Shown piece by piece: positions 1-16,278 of a DNA stretch of 64,000 nt. The position numbers and the translations under genes were made by a program. Location: positions 9,176,001 through 9,240,000 of the forward strand of contig CM022672.1 of assembly GCA_012295275.1 (NCBI GenBank), written 5' to 3'. This DNA comes from Chrysomallon squamiferum. Its lineage: Eukaryota; Animalia; Mollusca. The notes below the pieces were generated by a model. The model ran no database searches. It was not told where the DNA came from and saw nothing but the letters and a program-made list of their open reading frames with translations. Every line of letters starts with the position of its first letter. Position 1 is the first letter of the stretch.

Positions 1-715
1 TTCGAAGAATCGCTTCCTGGCTCCTCCACATCGCAGATGTCATTTATTCACGTGACTGACTTCTGAAAATAAATTCGCTTCTTTCTTAATTTCACTGACC
101 AAGCACTGAAGTATATGGAAGTGATGAGGTCCCAGAGGACATGGTTCAAGCCGTTAAGACGTTTTATTCTTTAGGTTCATTTTATGACGCCAACAAATCG
201 ACCAATGGTCCGTGTAATTTCTGGGAAACCTGCATGGCCAAATTTCCTTTCAGGCCTGTCCAAACTGATGACTATCGGATCCGTTCTTTGTGTCGTTGTA
301 CGCGCTGCTGCTACTGACTGTGTGTAATCGCGACGTTGTCGGAACACACGGTGCAGATGCCTCAGCGATAGAAAGAAAAAGCGAGTTTATTTCAAGGAGC
401 GGGGCGAGTTTAACTTAAAAAGGGAGATAGAGATATTTGTTAGGCTAATGAAGATTTTTTTTAGTATAAAATGAGTTAGATTATAAATAAATAAATAAAT
501 AAATAAATAATGATGTTGGTGATGATAATGATGATGATGATGATAACAATAATAATATTAATATGAATATTAGTAAATAAATAATTAAATAATAATAAAT
601 AATAATATAATAATTATGATGAAGATGATTATAATAATAACAATAACAATAACAACTATAGCAATAACAACAGCAACAACAACAACAATACTACTACTAC
701 TACTACTACTACTAC

Positions 716-769
<54 letters not shown>

Positions 770-980
770 GTCATTAGAAAAAAAAAAATATCTAAAGAAA
801 CCAAACAAGACAATCAAGTATCCATTATTATCTTCAGAATAATAGGAAATAATTAAAATATTTATACCTTCAAAAATATTTAGTATTTTCAACCACTTGA
901 TGTAACATACTTGTTTAATTTTTTTTTTTTTTTATCATCATCATTACTATTATTATTACTATTATTTTGTTTATCTCTTT

Positions 981-1019
<39 letters not shown>

Positions 1020-1288
1020 TTTTTTTATTTATTTTTGGTTTTATTTCTTTGTCAGTTTCCTTCAGGTAACAAAATAGTTCTGGTTGTAAACTTAGTCTGA
1101 GGAGCGGAGAATTATCTAACTTACAAATATTGTTACTACTTTAGATTAGGTTGAATCTTATAATGTTTTGAATCGACTGAAAAAGAAATTTCTTTTAGTC
1201 CTGCTTTATATGTATGTATGTATGTATGTATGTATATATATATATATATATATATAAAAGGAAAAAAGGAAAAAAAAAAAAAAATGAA

Positions 1289-1331
<43 letters not shown>

Positions 1332-3953
1332 CCTTTTGCTTGTTTATTTGTTTGATTATTTCTCCTTCTTCTCATTATATATATATATATATATATATTT
1401 GGTTGTTGTTCATTTGTCAGTGTAGGTATATCAACATACATCGTTTGCAACTTTTGCTTAATCAGTAACGTTTTTAATATATACTAAATGTGGTACTGTT
1501 TGAACGCTTATATATTTACTTATATTTATTATCGTTATTTAAACACTGGAATCTTTTTCACAAGTCGAGATTTATCTAGATTTTATTTTCAATGCGGATC
1601 TCTCTACAAAACACATTCTTGCGTCGAAAGAATGCGAATCGTCTCTAAATACCCCAATGTGACATTTAACACCAATTTGAAGATCGAAAGTTAAATGTAC
1701 AGCCAAATCCCGGCAGAACAAACGCCTACGGATGCGAGATGCCCAGAATTCTGCAATAATCATAAACGAAAGAGACCACAGATGAAGAATATTCCTTGCT
1801 TCTTTATTTCGTGCATTCCGAGAGACAAAAACAATGCAGATAGCTTTTATCAAAGTATATCTGTATTCTCAGAAGGCGTACAAACAGAAGACTACAGTGC
1901 AAGGGTGTTTGGTTCTCCCATCAGGCAGCATGTCCCCGGGGTGCTCAGCTAAGTTCCGTCAGCGTGTGGTTAATGCAGACAGTGTTGGTTCTGATTATTA
2001 AAAACTGGAAGACTGGATGGAAGCACTTGGCTAATACGTCTTCAAAAGGATTCCTTCGTAACACATTTTTAGTCGGTGTAGAAGCTCAGTGTGATATGCA
2101 ATGCAATATCACTGAGCCAACAAAACCTTTCTAACCGTTTTTTGTATATATATAAAAACATATATAAAAAAAAATAAAAAAATAAAAATAATAATAATAA
2201 TGAATAATTATGTGAAAGTAAAGTACATGCAGTAATTTTAGCTTTTCTGATATATTTTATCTAATAATGAAATTAATCTTGATACAGACTGTTTTTTTTT
2301 TCTTTTTTTTCTTGTGTGTGTGTATTTATTTCAGAGAAAGAGAGGGTATGACAGAGAAAGACAGTGAGATTGACTGAAACAATAGATGGATCTAGAAAGA
2401 TACAGAGACAGACAGACAGACAGACAGATATATAGATGGACAGATAGATGTAAATATTGAGAAATAAATGGTTCAGTAAAACAGATGTATAATTAAGCAT
2501 ATGCTATAATTTATAGTCGGTAGGTTATGAAGTAAATCACTGGCACATAACAATAACAATAATAACAATAATAATAATAATGATAATAATAATGATGATG
2601 AAAATAATATTAATAATAATAATAACAGTAATAATCTGTCAAATGAAGGAAATACTTTTATATATTTTATAACTGCTATAACAATTCATTTTGTTTTGGG
2701 ATAAAAAATCAAACCCAATATTTCTTTTTTTAAACAGCCCTCCTATCACCACCCCCCAAAAAAATATTAAAAAATATAAAAAGGTAAAGAAGAAAAGAAA
2801 CAAAAAAGAAAAGAAACAAAAAAGAAAAGAAAAGAAAAAGATCTGAGAACAATAGATATTCCCTTCTTGAACCATTTCTCTATACCATTTTTTTTTTTTT
2901 TTTTTTTTGATCTGAATCCAGATTCTTAAAAGGAAATTTCAAGCATGTTTTTGCTTGTGTACACGTGAATTGTTGGCTTCTTGTTCCCCGATGTTCCCTC
3001 GGCCGCATCTTGCCTGCAACGAGTTTCCACTAACAACACAAGTCGTAAATATTAAACAGATTTAGCATTTCGCGAAATGATCATGTAAATGTGGCTTCTC
3101 GGAAGCGATGTATCAAATTAGCGTTCTTGGGTGTTGAGAAATGTTTTGAAAACGTCTGCACCATATCAATTTGGAAACCTATTTGAATAATAGGAAAATG
3201 ATTACCAGAAACTTCGCTCGCAAGTAACAATAAAGGCGAAACAATAGCTATACCTCACAGGGGCATGAAACACTTGCAACAATACTGCCGACCCCGAAGT
3301 GCCCTGCGATGTTGTTAAAACGGCGAGAAACCGGAAAGTTGTTGGTTTGTGTAGAACTTATCAGCTTGGATATGTTTACTCCACGTGCTGCTGCGGAAAT
3401 CAAGAGAAAAATGGCAACTAAAAGTCAGAGTGGCTCTGGTTTTGAAGTCTTATTTCGTTCCTAAAGCGACGCATTAGTGCAAAGGCGAGAACGTCCGGTC
3501 ACGCACACCTGTGACATGAAATCTATAAAGAAAGACGATGATCTTTCGTTAAAGTATTTATGTTTGTGAGTAATAATAATAACTCAATTACTGTGTGTGT
3601 GTGTACATATTATATTTCTGCTTTGAATTCGACATTTCAGCACGTTAGCTGGAGAAACCGTTTGGTGTTCAGATTAAATCTGTACCTATAGACAACAACA
3701 GTAGCTTTTGAAAATGAATTTGAAAAGTATTATGTGGAAAAACAATAATGTCGCATTATAGTTTCGATCCCAAAACAATTGTTTTCACAAATGAAAATTA
3801 TGAACAAAAATGATGCTTTTCTCTGTTTTTTAGTGGACTAAAGTTATAGCTTCTTAACGATTTTAAACTGTGTATAACTACTTAAATGCATATTTTGGTG
3901 CCAGTTATAAAAGCTTATATTAAAAAAAACGTTTAAAACTTGATAAATCTCAC

Positions 3954-4031
<78 letters not shown>

Positions 4032-7000
4032 TACATACATACATACATACATACATACATACATACATACGTACAATCGTACGTACATATATATAACTTT
4101 CAGCCATTCGTCCATCCACTGATCCTCCATATTCATATATCTTTTATCTCCTTCTGTTTCCTTCTTCTTGCCACTTCAGCAATCAAACGCGGAATGTTTT
4201 CCGAGCTGAGGTAAAATAGCTGTTAGGCGTCCACACTGCATATCATTATTCCGTGTTTTCGTTAACAACCACTTGGCGATATATCAGCACTAAGTAGCCG
4301 TTCGCAAGTAATTTGATTCCACTTAACAAGATAATGAATGATTAGAGAGATCCCGGGCTTCAAAATTACCTCTATGGGTGTTGAAATGGGACCTTAAATT
4401 GATTGCTTGTTTGTGCTATCAGTAGCCGGCGCGTGTTGTCTGCTTCTCGGAAATGTACACCGTCAACCCCGCGGCAAATGATGTATCGAATGGAGCTAAC
4501 CACTACAAATTGCTTGTCAAATTGTCTGCTTAAAATGTTGTGCACATTTGCAAGATCTTTTCAACGTCTTGTTTCGAGACTACCAGTACTTAATGACTGT
4601 TATTAATGAAATACTTTTTTTCTATCTCTCAATTTCCTCTTTCTTTTTTTTTTTTTTTTTTTTTTTTTTTGCTTCCCTTTCTGTTTCAATTATTTTCTAC
4701 AGAACTTGACTTTTTGGTGTAAAAAGGAATTAAATAATAATAATATAGTGATTTTGTACAATGTTTCTTTGCATATATGTCTGTCTGACTGTCTGTCTGT
4801 CTATTTATCTCTCTGTATATGTCTATATATGAACTGGAAAGTCTCTTAAATGTATATATGGGCCTTTCAATAAATACAAAAATATATATATATATTTTTT
4901 GTTTTATTATTATTATTATTAATTTTATTATTATTATTATTTTTTTTTTTTTTTATATATTTTTGCAGAGATGGCAAATGGAAGACCAGATGGAATGACG
5001 TAACAACCAGAATAATGAAATTCATCAAAACACTAATATGGACAATGGGCGGTAACAACTATTAATAACAACAACAGCAACAACAACAACAACAGCAACA
5101 AAAAAAACAGACACAGCAACAAAATCACCAATAATGATGATGATAGTATATTATTAATTTATTTACTTATTTCCGATTTTGAATTATATTTTTATTTTGT
5201 TGATGTGTAGAATTTTATTTTGCTGGTTTTTTCAGGAATCCACTTAGTAAAAAAAAGCTATCAGTTAACAAAAAATATTATTTCTAAAAACTATGAATGT
5301 TTTCGCCAATCAAAATTCACATCGTATTTCAGTGGACCTTAAACTTTGACCCTTATAATCACGTGACATCGTGCAAGGCAATCATCTGACAGTCTCGTTT
5401 TGATACACATTATTTCATTCAACATGTACAGGAACATGTTTGTTTTGGATAAAAAACAAAACAACCCAGCAACTCGGTGAATTTGACCCCGCCTTATCAA
5501 AAAACCCTTCACGATTCTTAATTTTTCTCCATGCAGTGAAAAATACTGACGACAGCTGCAAATTAGTATGAGAATTGCGATGTTTATTCCATATGAAAAT
5601 ATCTTCCCATGGCATCAATGACGTACTCAAGGGAATTACAGCAATTTTTTTTTTTTTTTTTTTTGTCTTATTTAAATGGGTTATTATTATTTTTTTTTTT
5701 TTCAAAAACATTTTTATACATAAATAATCTTTTGTATGCACATGCACAGTGTATATGTCTACATGTGTGATTGAGTATGCGTGAGTGTGTACGTATGTGT
5801 ATGTATATGCGTATGTGTGTCTATCTCCCTATATATATGTGTGTGTGTGTATTTGTGTTTGTGTGAGGGTGTTTCCACACAATTTTATGGGACAATTCTC
5901 AAACAATATTCTTTACAATATATGTATGTATGTATCCAAGTATGTATAAAGTAACTGAATTTTTCTTCTTTTTCTTCTTCCTTTTCTATTTTTATTTATT
6001 TCCTTTTTTTCATTATTTACTTTTATTTATTTTTTTAATACTATTTTTTTATGATCGTAAAATTTTAACGTCTCATTTTACTTGTTTTGTTTTTGTATTT
6101 TAAAGTCCTTCTATTTATTTATTCATTCATTCATTCATTCATTTATTTCTTAATGTAAATTTAGCAAGCTGATTTTCAAAATGTTTTGTTATAAAGTTTA
6201 AGCAGTTTATTTTCACAGTGTCACAAACTAAAGCAATATTTTCAGAAGAATCCAGCTGAAAGAACACACGACACTCGAACCTGTTTGTCGTGTAAGTTGG
6301 TGCTCCACAGATATGGGAGGAACCATAACAAAAGAAGCACTCCATGGCGGACACCGATATCCCTGTCAGGGATTGCTCATCACTCTGGCATGCTTTTTCT
6401 TTTCCGTTTACCATTGTCATATACACGAATGCTGGAGTCAGAATACTGCATGGTGTGCAATATCGGAGTTTTAATGAGTTTTGGGCGCATGGGAACCACA
6501 GGACATTGTCGTATTAAATAGTGTATTGATAGCTGTTTATATTGGCGTATGTCACCTGGCAGTTCAGAAACAACTGCCGTGCTAGGGTCAATGTATTTGG
6601 GTAAACCTGTGTTATAATTTGATGTTAAGGAAAACCTGATGATATGTTAAATGAGAAATAGATGATAATTATGTTATGACAGTGCTTCCGTCATAAACTG
6701 GTGAATTTTTCATTGACGAGTTAATTCAATTATTTTCATATCAATGAATCTTGACGAAGAGTAAGACTAACATTAATTAAATATATAACTAAAATAATAA
6801 TAATAATAATAATAAAATAAATTAAAATTTAGTCCAAGCTGGATCAAATTTTGGAAAGGAATAGTTTTTAAATAATTTAACAAGAACTGTATTGTCAACA
6901 GATACGGGGAAGAGAAAGAAAATTAAAAGGGATTAATTATCAATTCAAACACAAGTTCATTGTTAAAATATATAGAGGTTCTGTGGTTAAGTTTGTGATT

Positions 7001-7301
7001 CCTCTTTGTCCATGTTCGATTAATAATTTTATTTGAATGTCAAGAGAGTTACGGATGTAGATATGCTTCAAATCTCTCATTAAGAAGCTGAAAAAAGATT
7101 TTTTTTAAACAACTGATCTTAAACATGTTTGACAGTATTACGAGATTAGTAATCAGTTTGACATATCTGTTAGAAATAGCCTTATAATGAGAAAGTAATA
7201 AAGCCTTTTCTCATTACTTCATATTAAAATATAAAGTAATAAAAAATACAAATACAATAAAATTATATAAGTGAATAATAAATAAGTAACTAAAAAGTGA
7301 C

Positions 7302-7340
<39 letters not shown>

Positions 7341-8733
7341 AAATAAGTAAAATTTCACAAATGAATTTTGAAAAAAAATCTTAAAATGTCTTATTAAAAT
7401 GAGTAGATAAAATTAATTTAATAAAACCTCAAATACCGTTAAATCTTTACATAATTACTTTTTATAAACTTGTTTCTGAGCATATAAATTCTTGAAAAAC
7501 GGAGCTTGAATTTATGATTATGACAACTATATAAAATGATATCTGAAATGATTAAAAAATATATATATCAATATTATTGTTGCAGTTTTACTATTTTCTG
7601 TTCGTTTCTTCTTCTTCGTATCATTATCTGTATTGTTATTATTGTCGTCATCATCATCATCATCATCATTATTATTATTATTGAACCCATATTATATGCC
7701 AGAATTTACGATCGCTCTGTTTTATTTTGCCGCGATAAAATCCAGAAGAAACCACATCTGTTTTCGAGATGGGTCATCGTGCTGGAAAGAGATCCATGGT
7801 TAAAAAAATAGCACTTTTGACAATTGTTGGTCTAATTCTAGGAATGAAGACCACCTATTTCATTGATTGTTTTGCTGGAGTCTGGCACTCTCTCGCATAT
7901 TTGCCTGCTTGTTAACACAGTTGGCGGTAATCGAATGTGATAGTATATTTTATGTTTTCAGAAATGCTTAGGGGCGAGGAATCGGCGATGCGAAAGGCCT
8001 TTCGACTCACAAAGCATTCTGACACCAAATGTAACGATTTCGTAAAAATCTCGACTTTGTGCAAAATCGCCGATTCTCTGTTTATTGCACAAATAATGCC
8101 GTTACCAAATTAAACTGACCTTTGTCAGTGGTGCTCTTTCCCTTTGTCAGAAAATCCGGCAAACGATCTGCAGATTCGGTGTAACAAAAACAGCGACGTT
8201 CCATTCGAAGAATTCTCGACTGTTATTTGTTTATTTTTAAGAACTTGATAGTTAGACGTCATAAATTAACAACGAAACGTTACAAAAAATATTATTTTGA
8301 AATAGCGCTGAAGTTTATTTGATGTTTGTTTTTTTAAAGTTTCTTACTCGCTGCTGTATTTTTTTCCTCTTCCTGCTGTATCGTTTTCAAAATCTGCTCT
8401 GATGTTGTCTCGTGTTTGTAATGGCTAGGCTGTGTTCTTTAGCGTGTCTGTCAGTGTATGTGTATGCGTAAAACATTATCCTCTAAATGCAGAGTCCTTG
8501 AATAAAATGAAATTCCCAGCATGGGCTGAAACGCTGAAATAAATCGTAGCAAAAACAACACTTAAAATCCACTTCTAAAATGTATACATTCACATCATTA
8601 AATGGTATGCAATAGTATAAATTAAATCCGTATACAGAGGAAGTTAGTATATCTCTCTTTTCTGTTTTTTTATTTCTCTCCTGTACAGTATTTTTCTTTT
8701 GTTACCTTTACTTATTTTCTTGATAACTGTATA

Positions 8734-8784
<51 letters not shown>

Positions 8785-9375
8785 AATACATAAAAATAAA
8801 AACGCAGAAAATTAATCTTGGGCTGTTTATTTATTTATTTATTTTATTTATTTAATTTATTTATTTATTTATTTATTTATTATTTATTTATTTATTTATT
8901 TATTATTTTAGTTATTATTTTATTTATTTATTTATTTACTTATTAACTTATTTATTTATATACTTCTTTATTATTTTATTTATTAAGTTGTTTGTTTTAA
9001 TGTTATTTATTTGTTACATTTTTATGTATTTAACTGATATCTTACTTAGCAACTTTTTTTGTTTCTTGTTTTTTTAGTTTTTTGTTTTTGTTTCTTTGTT
9101 GCTTTTTTTTAGTTCTTTGTTTTGTGATTGTAGTATATTTCATTTCACAAACAATATTATTTTTTATCTCTTTCACAAAGAAAACAAAAACAAATCAGCG
9201 CATAATCACTAATCATTTTACATTGAAGTGAACTTTTTATTTATTTATTTATTACAATTGTGGTGCTATTGTTTCTTTTTAGATTAATTTTGTACTTCTT
9301 CTTATTATTATTATCATTATATTATTCTTCTTTTTTTATTTATTTATCATTATATTATTATTATATTTGTTTATA

Positions 9376-9445
<70 letters not shown>

Positions 9446-9893
9446 TGCTATGGATGTATATAAATATATATATATATATATACACACACATCCATAGCAG
9501 TGCATATGCACGTGTAGACCCACACACATATAACGGGTTTATATCTAGCTGTCTATCTGTCTGTCTTTCTGTCTCTCTATACATGTGCGTATATCTTTAA
9601 CTGGTTGTATGTGCGGTGTGCGCGCGCTCCTATATGTATACGAGTCTCTATGTGTGCATAATTTATTAAACATCGTCTGAAACACTGCACTGCTTACAGC
9701 AACTACGCGTGGATGAATTTACACCTCTTCAATCAACAAACACTTATTTTCTGAGCTAATCATCATACTGCGAAAAAAAAGAGAGATTTGTTGGCAGTTA
9801 TTGGGCGCGATAGTGACTTGCTGAAACCGATATCGTGTCTTCTTTCATCATACAACCAACGGGCATTCACCGGCACGAGCGAGGGGTGGAGCA

Positions 9894-9960
9894 GCGCATG
9901 CGCACAGAAATTGATTCTCCATAATCAGATCTTCGAAGAACTGTTTGGCCAAGTATAAAA
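9894..9960 (+). promoter_or_regulatory. Putative NK1 core promoter: NRF1-type palindrome GCGCATGCGC (9894-9903) and TATA box TATAAAA (9954-9960)
   Basis: Both motifs are read directly, in a CpG-richer island about 375-440 bp upstream of the NK1 ATG; an ATTGG (reverse CCAAT) lies at about 9800. The TSS was not determined. Confidence 0.5.
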
Positions 9961-10333
9961 CGAGGCAAAATGCACGATGTCCGGATACAATAGTAATTCT
10001 GTATGAAATTTATAAACTATTGTTACTCGTTATCGTTCACGCATGGTTTCAGATCATTCCGCCGAACTGATGTTTCTCTTTGTTGAAACAATTATTTTTC
10101 TTCAAACAAACTTAAACGGGATACAAAAGGTGTCGATGAAGGAATGAAATATTAACAAGAATTCTTGTGTTTTGGAAGTTGTTGACGTAACAAACTGTCC
10201 TGAAAGATAATGAAATAGTAAACGAGCCTTCCAAAGAAATGTAAAACCAGTAATGCATTAATTATTATTATTTTTTTTTTTTATTATTTAAACTGCTTTT
10301 GCTTGCTTCTGTTTTATTCTTTTTCTTCTAACA

Positions 10334-10721
10334 ATGGATAAAGACTGTGAAAAACATTCTTGCACTTCTGACAATGAAGAGAGTTTCAAAGATCTAAGAC
10401 AGCGAGTTGATTTGGTCAGAACGGAACATTCAGCAAACCGTGACGCACCCAGATCTCGAGACGGTGACAGCTCGGACGGGTCCGATAGTCCGGCATCACC
10501 GAGGGGTGAAGGGGACAGAATATTACACGCCCCTGCAGTGAGGGCAAACCCGTCACCCGAACCGCCGAGAATTGAACCAACGTCGTTCCGGGTCGCAGAT
10601 ATTTTGGATCCTACGAAATTCACGAACGTCGCAAAATCTCGGGTTTGGCACCCGTGGTCAGATGACATCTCTTCGGATATTTCCGTAGAAGATGATGGAA
10701 ACACGTATACGTATCGTACAG
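10334..10721 (+). CDS. Nk1: NK1/slouch (NKX1-like) homeobox gene, coding exon 1
   Basis: ORF MDKDCEK... contains the NK1-type eh1/TN motif TSFRVADILDPTKF. It ends at a strong donor ACAG|GTAAAT (phase 1) that joins in frame to exon 2. Confidence 0.9.
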
Positions 10722-10932
10722 GTAAATTTATTTGCATTATTTAAATAGTTGAGAATAGTTCTGGATGTTAATTGAATATTAGTGGCAGTTTTAAATATTG
10801 GTACATCGATGATAATGCGAAATATAAAATATTTTCAAAACAACAACAAAACGTAATGTACCTGTATTTCATAGTAAGGATAAATAAATAAACAAAACCA
10901 ACAGATAACAGGAAAATAAATAAACATAAATA

Positions 10933-10967
<35 letters not shown>

Positions 10968-10972
10968 ATATA

Positions 10973-11021
<49 letters not shown>

Positions 11022-11618
11022 TTTTTAAGAAGAAGAATAAAAAAAAGCAACAGCAATAAATAAATAAATATTGAATATGAATATTAAGATCAAGATTTAT
11101 TTTTATTTTTTCTTAATTGTTTTTGTTTGTATTTTCGTTCCTATTTTGCATTTTATTTGTATGATACTAATTTGATATAATTTCCGTAAAAAAACCCAAT
11201 AATAATATATAAAATAAAAAAATAAAAAAATAAAAAAATAAACTAGAACATGCAACAGAATACTTTCTTTTCAAAATTGTTTCTTAGAATTACAAAAGTA
11301 AATAGACTTAATGAAAAACTAAATATATAAATATATTAGCAAATATTACAAATATAAATTATTACATAAAGTAAATAAAGAAATACTTATTTATTTATTT
11401 AATTATTTATTATTATTATTAAAATAGGCATGTTTGTATGCTGTTGTTGTTATAATTTTTATTTATTTATTATGTTTAAGATTGTTCTTGTTATTGTTTG
11501 AGTTATTAATATTAATTATTTGTTTATTATTCTTATTCTATTTATTTATTTTTATTTATGTTTGTTTGTTTGTTTATTCTTTCTATTAATTTATATTTAC
11601 AGATACTCATTTACGATA

Positions 11619-11675
<57 letters not shown>

Positions 11676-11787
11676 TTAAAATCATCAAGCAAATAAAATA
11701 ACAGAGTAACCTGAGATGAGCGAAGTAAAATGAGGTTAGAAAAAGAACAAAATATATAAATTAAACAAATAGAGGCATCTGATTATT

Positions 11788-11849
<62 letters not shown>

Positions 11850-12067
11850 ATTATAATTATAGTAGCTAGCAATAACTAAGAGAAAACAGATAAAATTTTG
11901 TAGTAAACCAGATCGATCCAAATTAAAAACATTAAAAGAAATTCATGAGAAAGTATTTTTTCCAGCAACGACCTAATCACAGTAATGTTTATATGTCTGA
12001 ATTGATGTATTCATTCATTCATTCTTATTTCATTTCATCATCATCATTGTTTATTATTATTTTATTA

Positions 12068-12109
<42 letters not shown>

Positions 12110-12942
12110 TTCGCTGCCGTTGTCGTTTTTGCTGTTGTTATTATTGTTATTTCATTTTCATTTGTTGTAATTTTAAAAATGTAATATTACTGTTCATATT
12201 CTGTACAAAAATAACGAATATTAAGTTGAATAAATATTTTTATAAACATTTTCTTTCTTTCTTTTTTTCAAAAAAAATAAAAATAAAAATAAAAAAAATG
12301 TTTTATCAATGGGAAATAACCGTGTTCTAGGCTGGACAAAAACTAACAATAGCAATCATTTTTTTTATAGTTTTCTCCATTTTTCTTTCAGTTTTCCGTG
12401 CATCTTTCATAATTATATCTATTTTTGTGTCCGTCACTGTCTGATTGCTTTTATATATATATATAATTAAATATATCACAAATATTCTTATATTTAAATA
12501 CAAACATGCCTATATTTGCATGCGCTCATTCATTTTTTTTGTGTGTATGTATATAATAATAATGACATACAACAACAACAATTAACACACACACACACAC
12601 ACTCACACACACAGACAAACCTATATTATAAAGCTCACATTCGAACACACGTGTATAAGCACGCTGCTGCTGACACTGAAAACTGATAAATGTAAAATCA
12701 ATTATCTTCGTTCTTTCCAGCAAAATAATAATTGTTTTATTCTTCCTGTTTTATTTCTCATGATTTTTTCTTCTTTCTTTCTTTCTTTCTTTCTTTTAGA
12801 AATAAATACGCATTTATTTTTTATTAGGAAAGAAAATATTTATGTTTACAATATTACTTTTTTAATTTATTTTTTAAAATACATAGCTAATAACATATTT
12901 GTTTATAACAACAATAAGAACAATAATAATAATAATAACAAC

Positions 12943-13019
<77 letters not shown>

Positions 13020-13315
13020 AAATAGCAACAATGACAATAATAATAAAATTCAGTATTGGTTAAAATATAAAAAAGTCAACATTTGGAATTATCTGAATTC
13101 TGTTAATAGAGAAAGTGAGATATTTACTGCTTCCACCACTTACTACTACTGCAGCTACTACTACCATTATTATTAGGGTCACTTGTATTGTTACCATAAT
13201 TATTACTGCTCCTGGTACAACTCCACCATCGTCATCATCATTATCATCATTATTATTATTATTATTATTTTGATTTTAAAAATCAATGTAATATAGAAAG
13301 TTAAAAGATAAACAA

Positions 13316-13372
<57 letters not shown>

Positions 13373-14314
13373 CATACATACATACATATATATATATATA
13401 CATACATACATACATACATACATACATACATACATACATACATACACATATATATATATATATATATAAAATTATAATAAAATTAAAACTCAGTTCATCA
13501 CACATGTTATTCTCGAAACATTACAACTAACCCGATACTGCGACTCTCAGGAAGTTAGAACCTGCTGTTTGTTGTAGATATAGGGTTACAGTTGCATGTT
13601 AGGAAAACCTCTCACCTTCTAACATCGACGCAAATAATAGAAACAGGGAAGTGTATAGACCCTGTGTCACATCATGGCCGGATTATTATTATCGAGCTGC
13701 ACGTCAAATACATTCTACTATTCTTTTTGTAACTAGAAACAACGACATCTGTAGTTTTTTGTCATTGTAGCTTCCGCGTTCTGGTGTCTGTTTGTTAATG
13801 AAAGCTTTTGTTACCTGAATGACGAGGTGTTACAAGAATTAACACAATAAGGAAGCAGATTTAGAGAGGTGCTGATAGTGTTATTAGTGATCATAATGGC
13901 GGATCAGTATCGGTTTGCGGTAATTCTAGATAATAATGGGATAATAAGACTGATTTGGCTTTTTAATATTTTTTATTTATTTTTTTTTTTTTTTTTTTTT
14001 TTTATATTTTTTTTTTTTTTTTTTTTTATTTATTTATTACTATTTTCTTTCTTTTTAATATTTCTTTTAATAAATAATTGTGATAATGATGATAAGGATT
14101 GTGTTGATATAATAATAATAGTAGTAGTAATAGTAGAAATATTAGTAACGGTAGAAGTAGCAGATAGCGTTGATAGTAGCAGCAACAGTGCAAATAGTAG
14201 ACGTAAATCATAATAGTGGTAGTAGTAGCAGCAGATGTTGTAGTGGAAATAGAAGTAATAGTTGTAGCAGGAGAGGTGATAATAATAATAACCTTAATGA
14301 TGTGTCATACTGTC

Positions 14315-14354
<40 letters not shown>

Positions 14355-14979
14355 AAAATAACAACTAAATAAAATTTCTGCTGTGTTCCTTGTTATCGTA
14401 AAATCATTTTATTTTTAAAACAATAAAACAAAAGTATGAAAAACAGAAAAAAACTAGCTACAGTTACAAATTATTATTAAATAAAATCCTCACGTAATTA
14501 AAAAATGATATGAAACAAAATACATATCTATCATTTCTACAAAATAATCGCCTATTTTATAGATAGGTGTGAAAGATTAAAACTAAATTTCAGAGGAAAA
14601 GAGACATTTATTGTATTTCTATAGGAATAAAACATCCGAGAATGTTTTAAAATATCAGTACTTAAAATAAATAGAAATATCAAATCGTGTTATTCATTTC
14701 AGTTATTTTAGAATATGGCTATAAGAACACGTAACTCAAAGTGTATAACAATTATTTGTTAAAGAATTATAATCGCGGTGTCAGACAGGGTTAGTCTCAG
14801 TTATTGATTTGGCAGCCTACAATTCCGGAAATAATAAACGGTTATAAAGAAGAAAGCAAAGCTAATCTATTATTTAATATTTTGTAAGGAAAAATAAATA
14901 ATGATTTTTATTGCAAAACGAAACTAAATAAGAGAATATTTTTTCTTAGAAATAGTCGTAAAAGTCGTAATAGTAGTAA

Positions 14980-15021
<42 letters not shown>

Positions 15022-15030
15022 CTGTAGTAG

Positions 15031-15062
<32 letters not shown>

Positions 15063-15175
15063 GATGATGATGATAATAAAGATGATAAATAATAAAAATA
15101 AGAAGAAGAAGAAGAAGAAAACGGAGAACAAGAAGAACAAACAACAACAACAACAACAATAATAATAATAACAAA

Positions 15176-15806
<631 letters not shown>

Positions 15807-16272
15807 GAAAATGAGAGAGATAGAGATTTCTTGTATCTTTGACTGATATCGCTGGCAATGGATGATCAACTGTTGAGGACCTTTCTTTTTTTATGCAGTT
15901 AGCTATTACGAGATATATTGTTACCGAATAGAGTACTAACTACATTAATGTGACACATTTTACGCATTATATTTTATCCAAGATAAAATGTTTGCTGAAT
16001 ATTTGCTGAATAAGAATGAATCTTCCTAACTCAAGTTATAATCATAACTGAATCAGTAACATGATTGAAGTAATGTCACAAATTAAGTGCTACCAAAGAC
16101 AATATTTACAAGTGTTTCATTATTTGAGAGCGAACAAAATTATATTCTCAGGATTTGTTTTCATAGTAGAAAGTACATTTTACAGAACAGAAAATGAGGA
16201 AGGAGGGCAAATAACCAAAGAACTCTAAAATATAACAAAGAACGATGAATTAGGGAAAGGTGAAATTAACGA

Positions 16273-16278
16273 AATAAA
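16273..16278 (+). terminator. Candidate polyadenylation signal for NK1
   Basis: First AATAAA noticed downstream of the stop, followed by a GT-rich stretch (ctgttgtctttg). AATAAA is common in this AT-rich DNA. Confidence 0.3.

Noticed and set aside
264-378. Hammerhead-like CTGATGA ... GAAA (similar cores on the minus strand near 24000, 46140 and 52060)
   Set aside because: Stem II is out of register or absent, and no stems I/III with a cleavage triplet were found.
10288-10737. 149-aa minus-strand ORF over NK1 exon 1 (also antisense ORFs over 15.6, 47.6 and 52-53 kb)
   Set aside because: Antisense shadows of real + strand exons.
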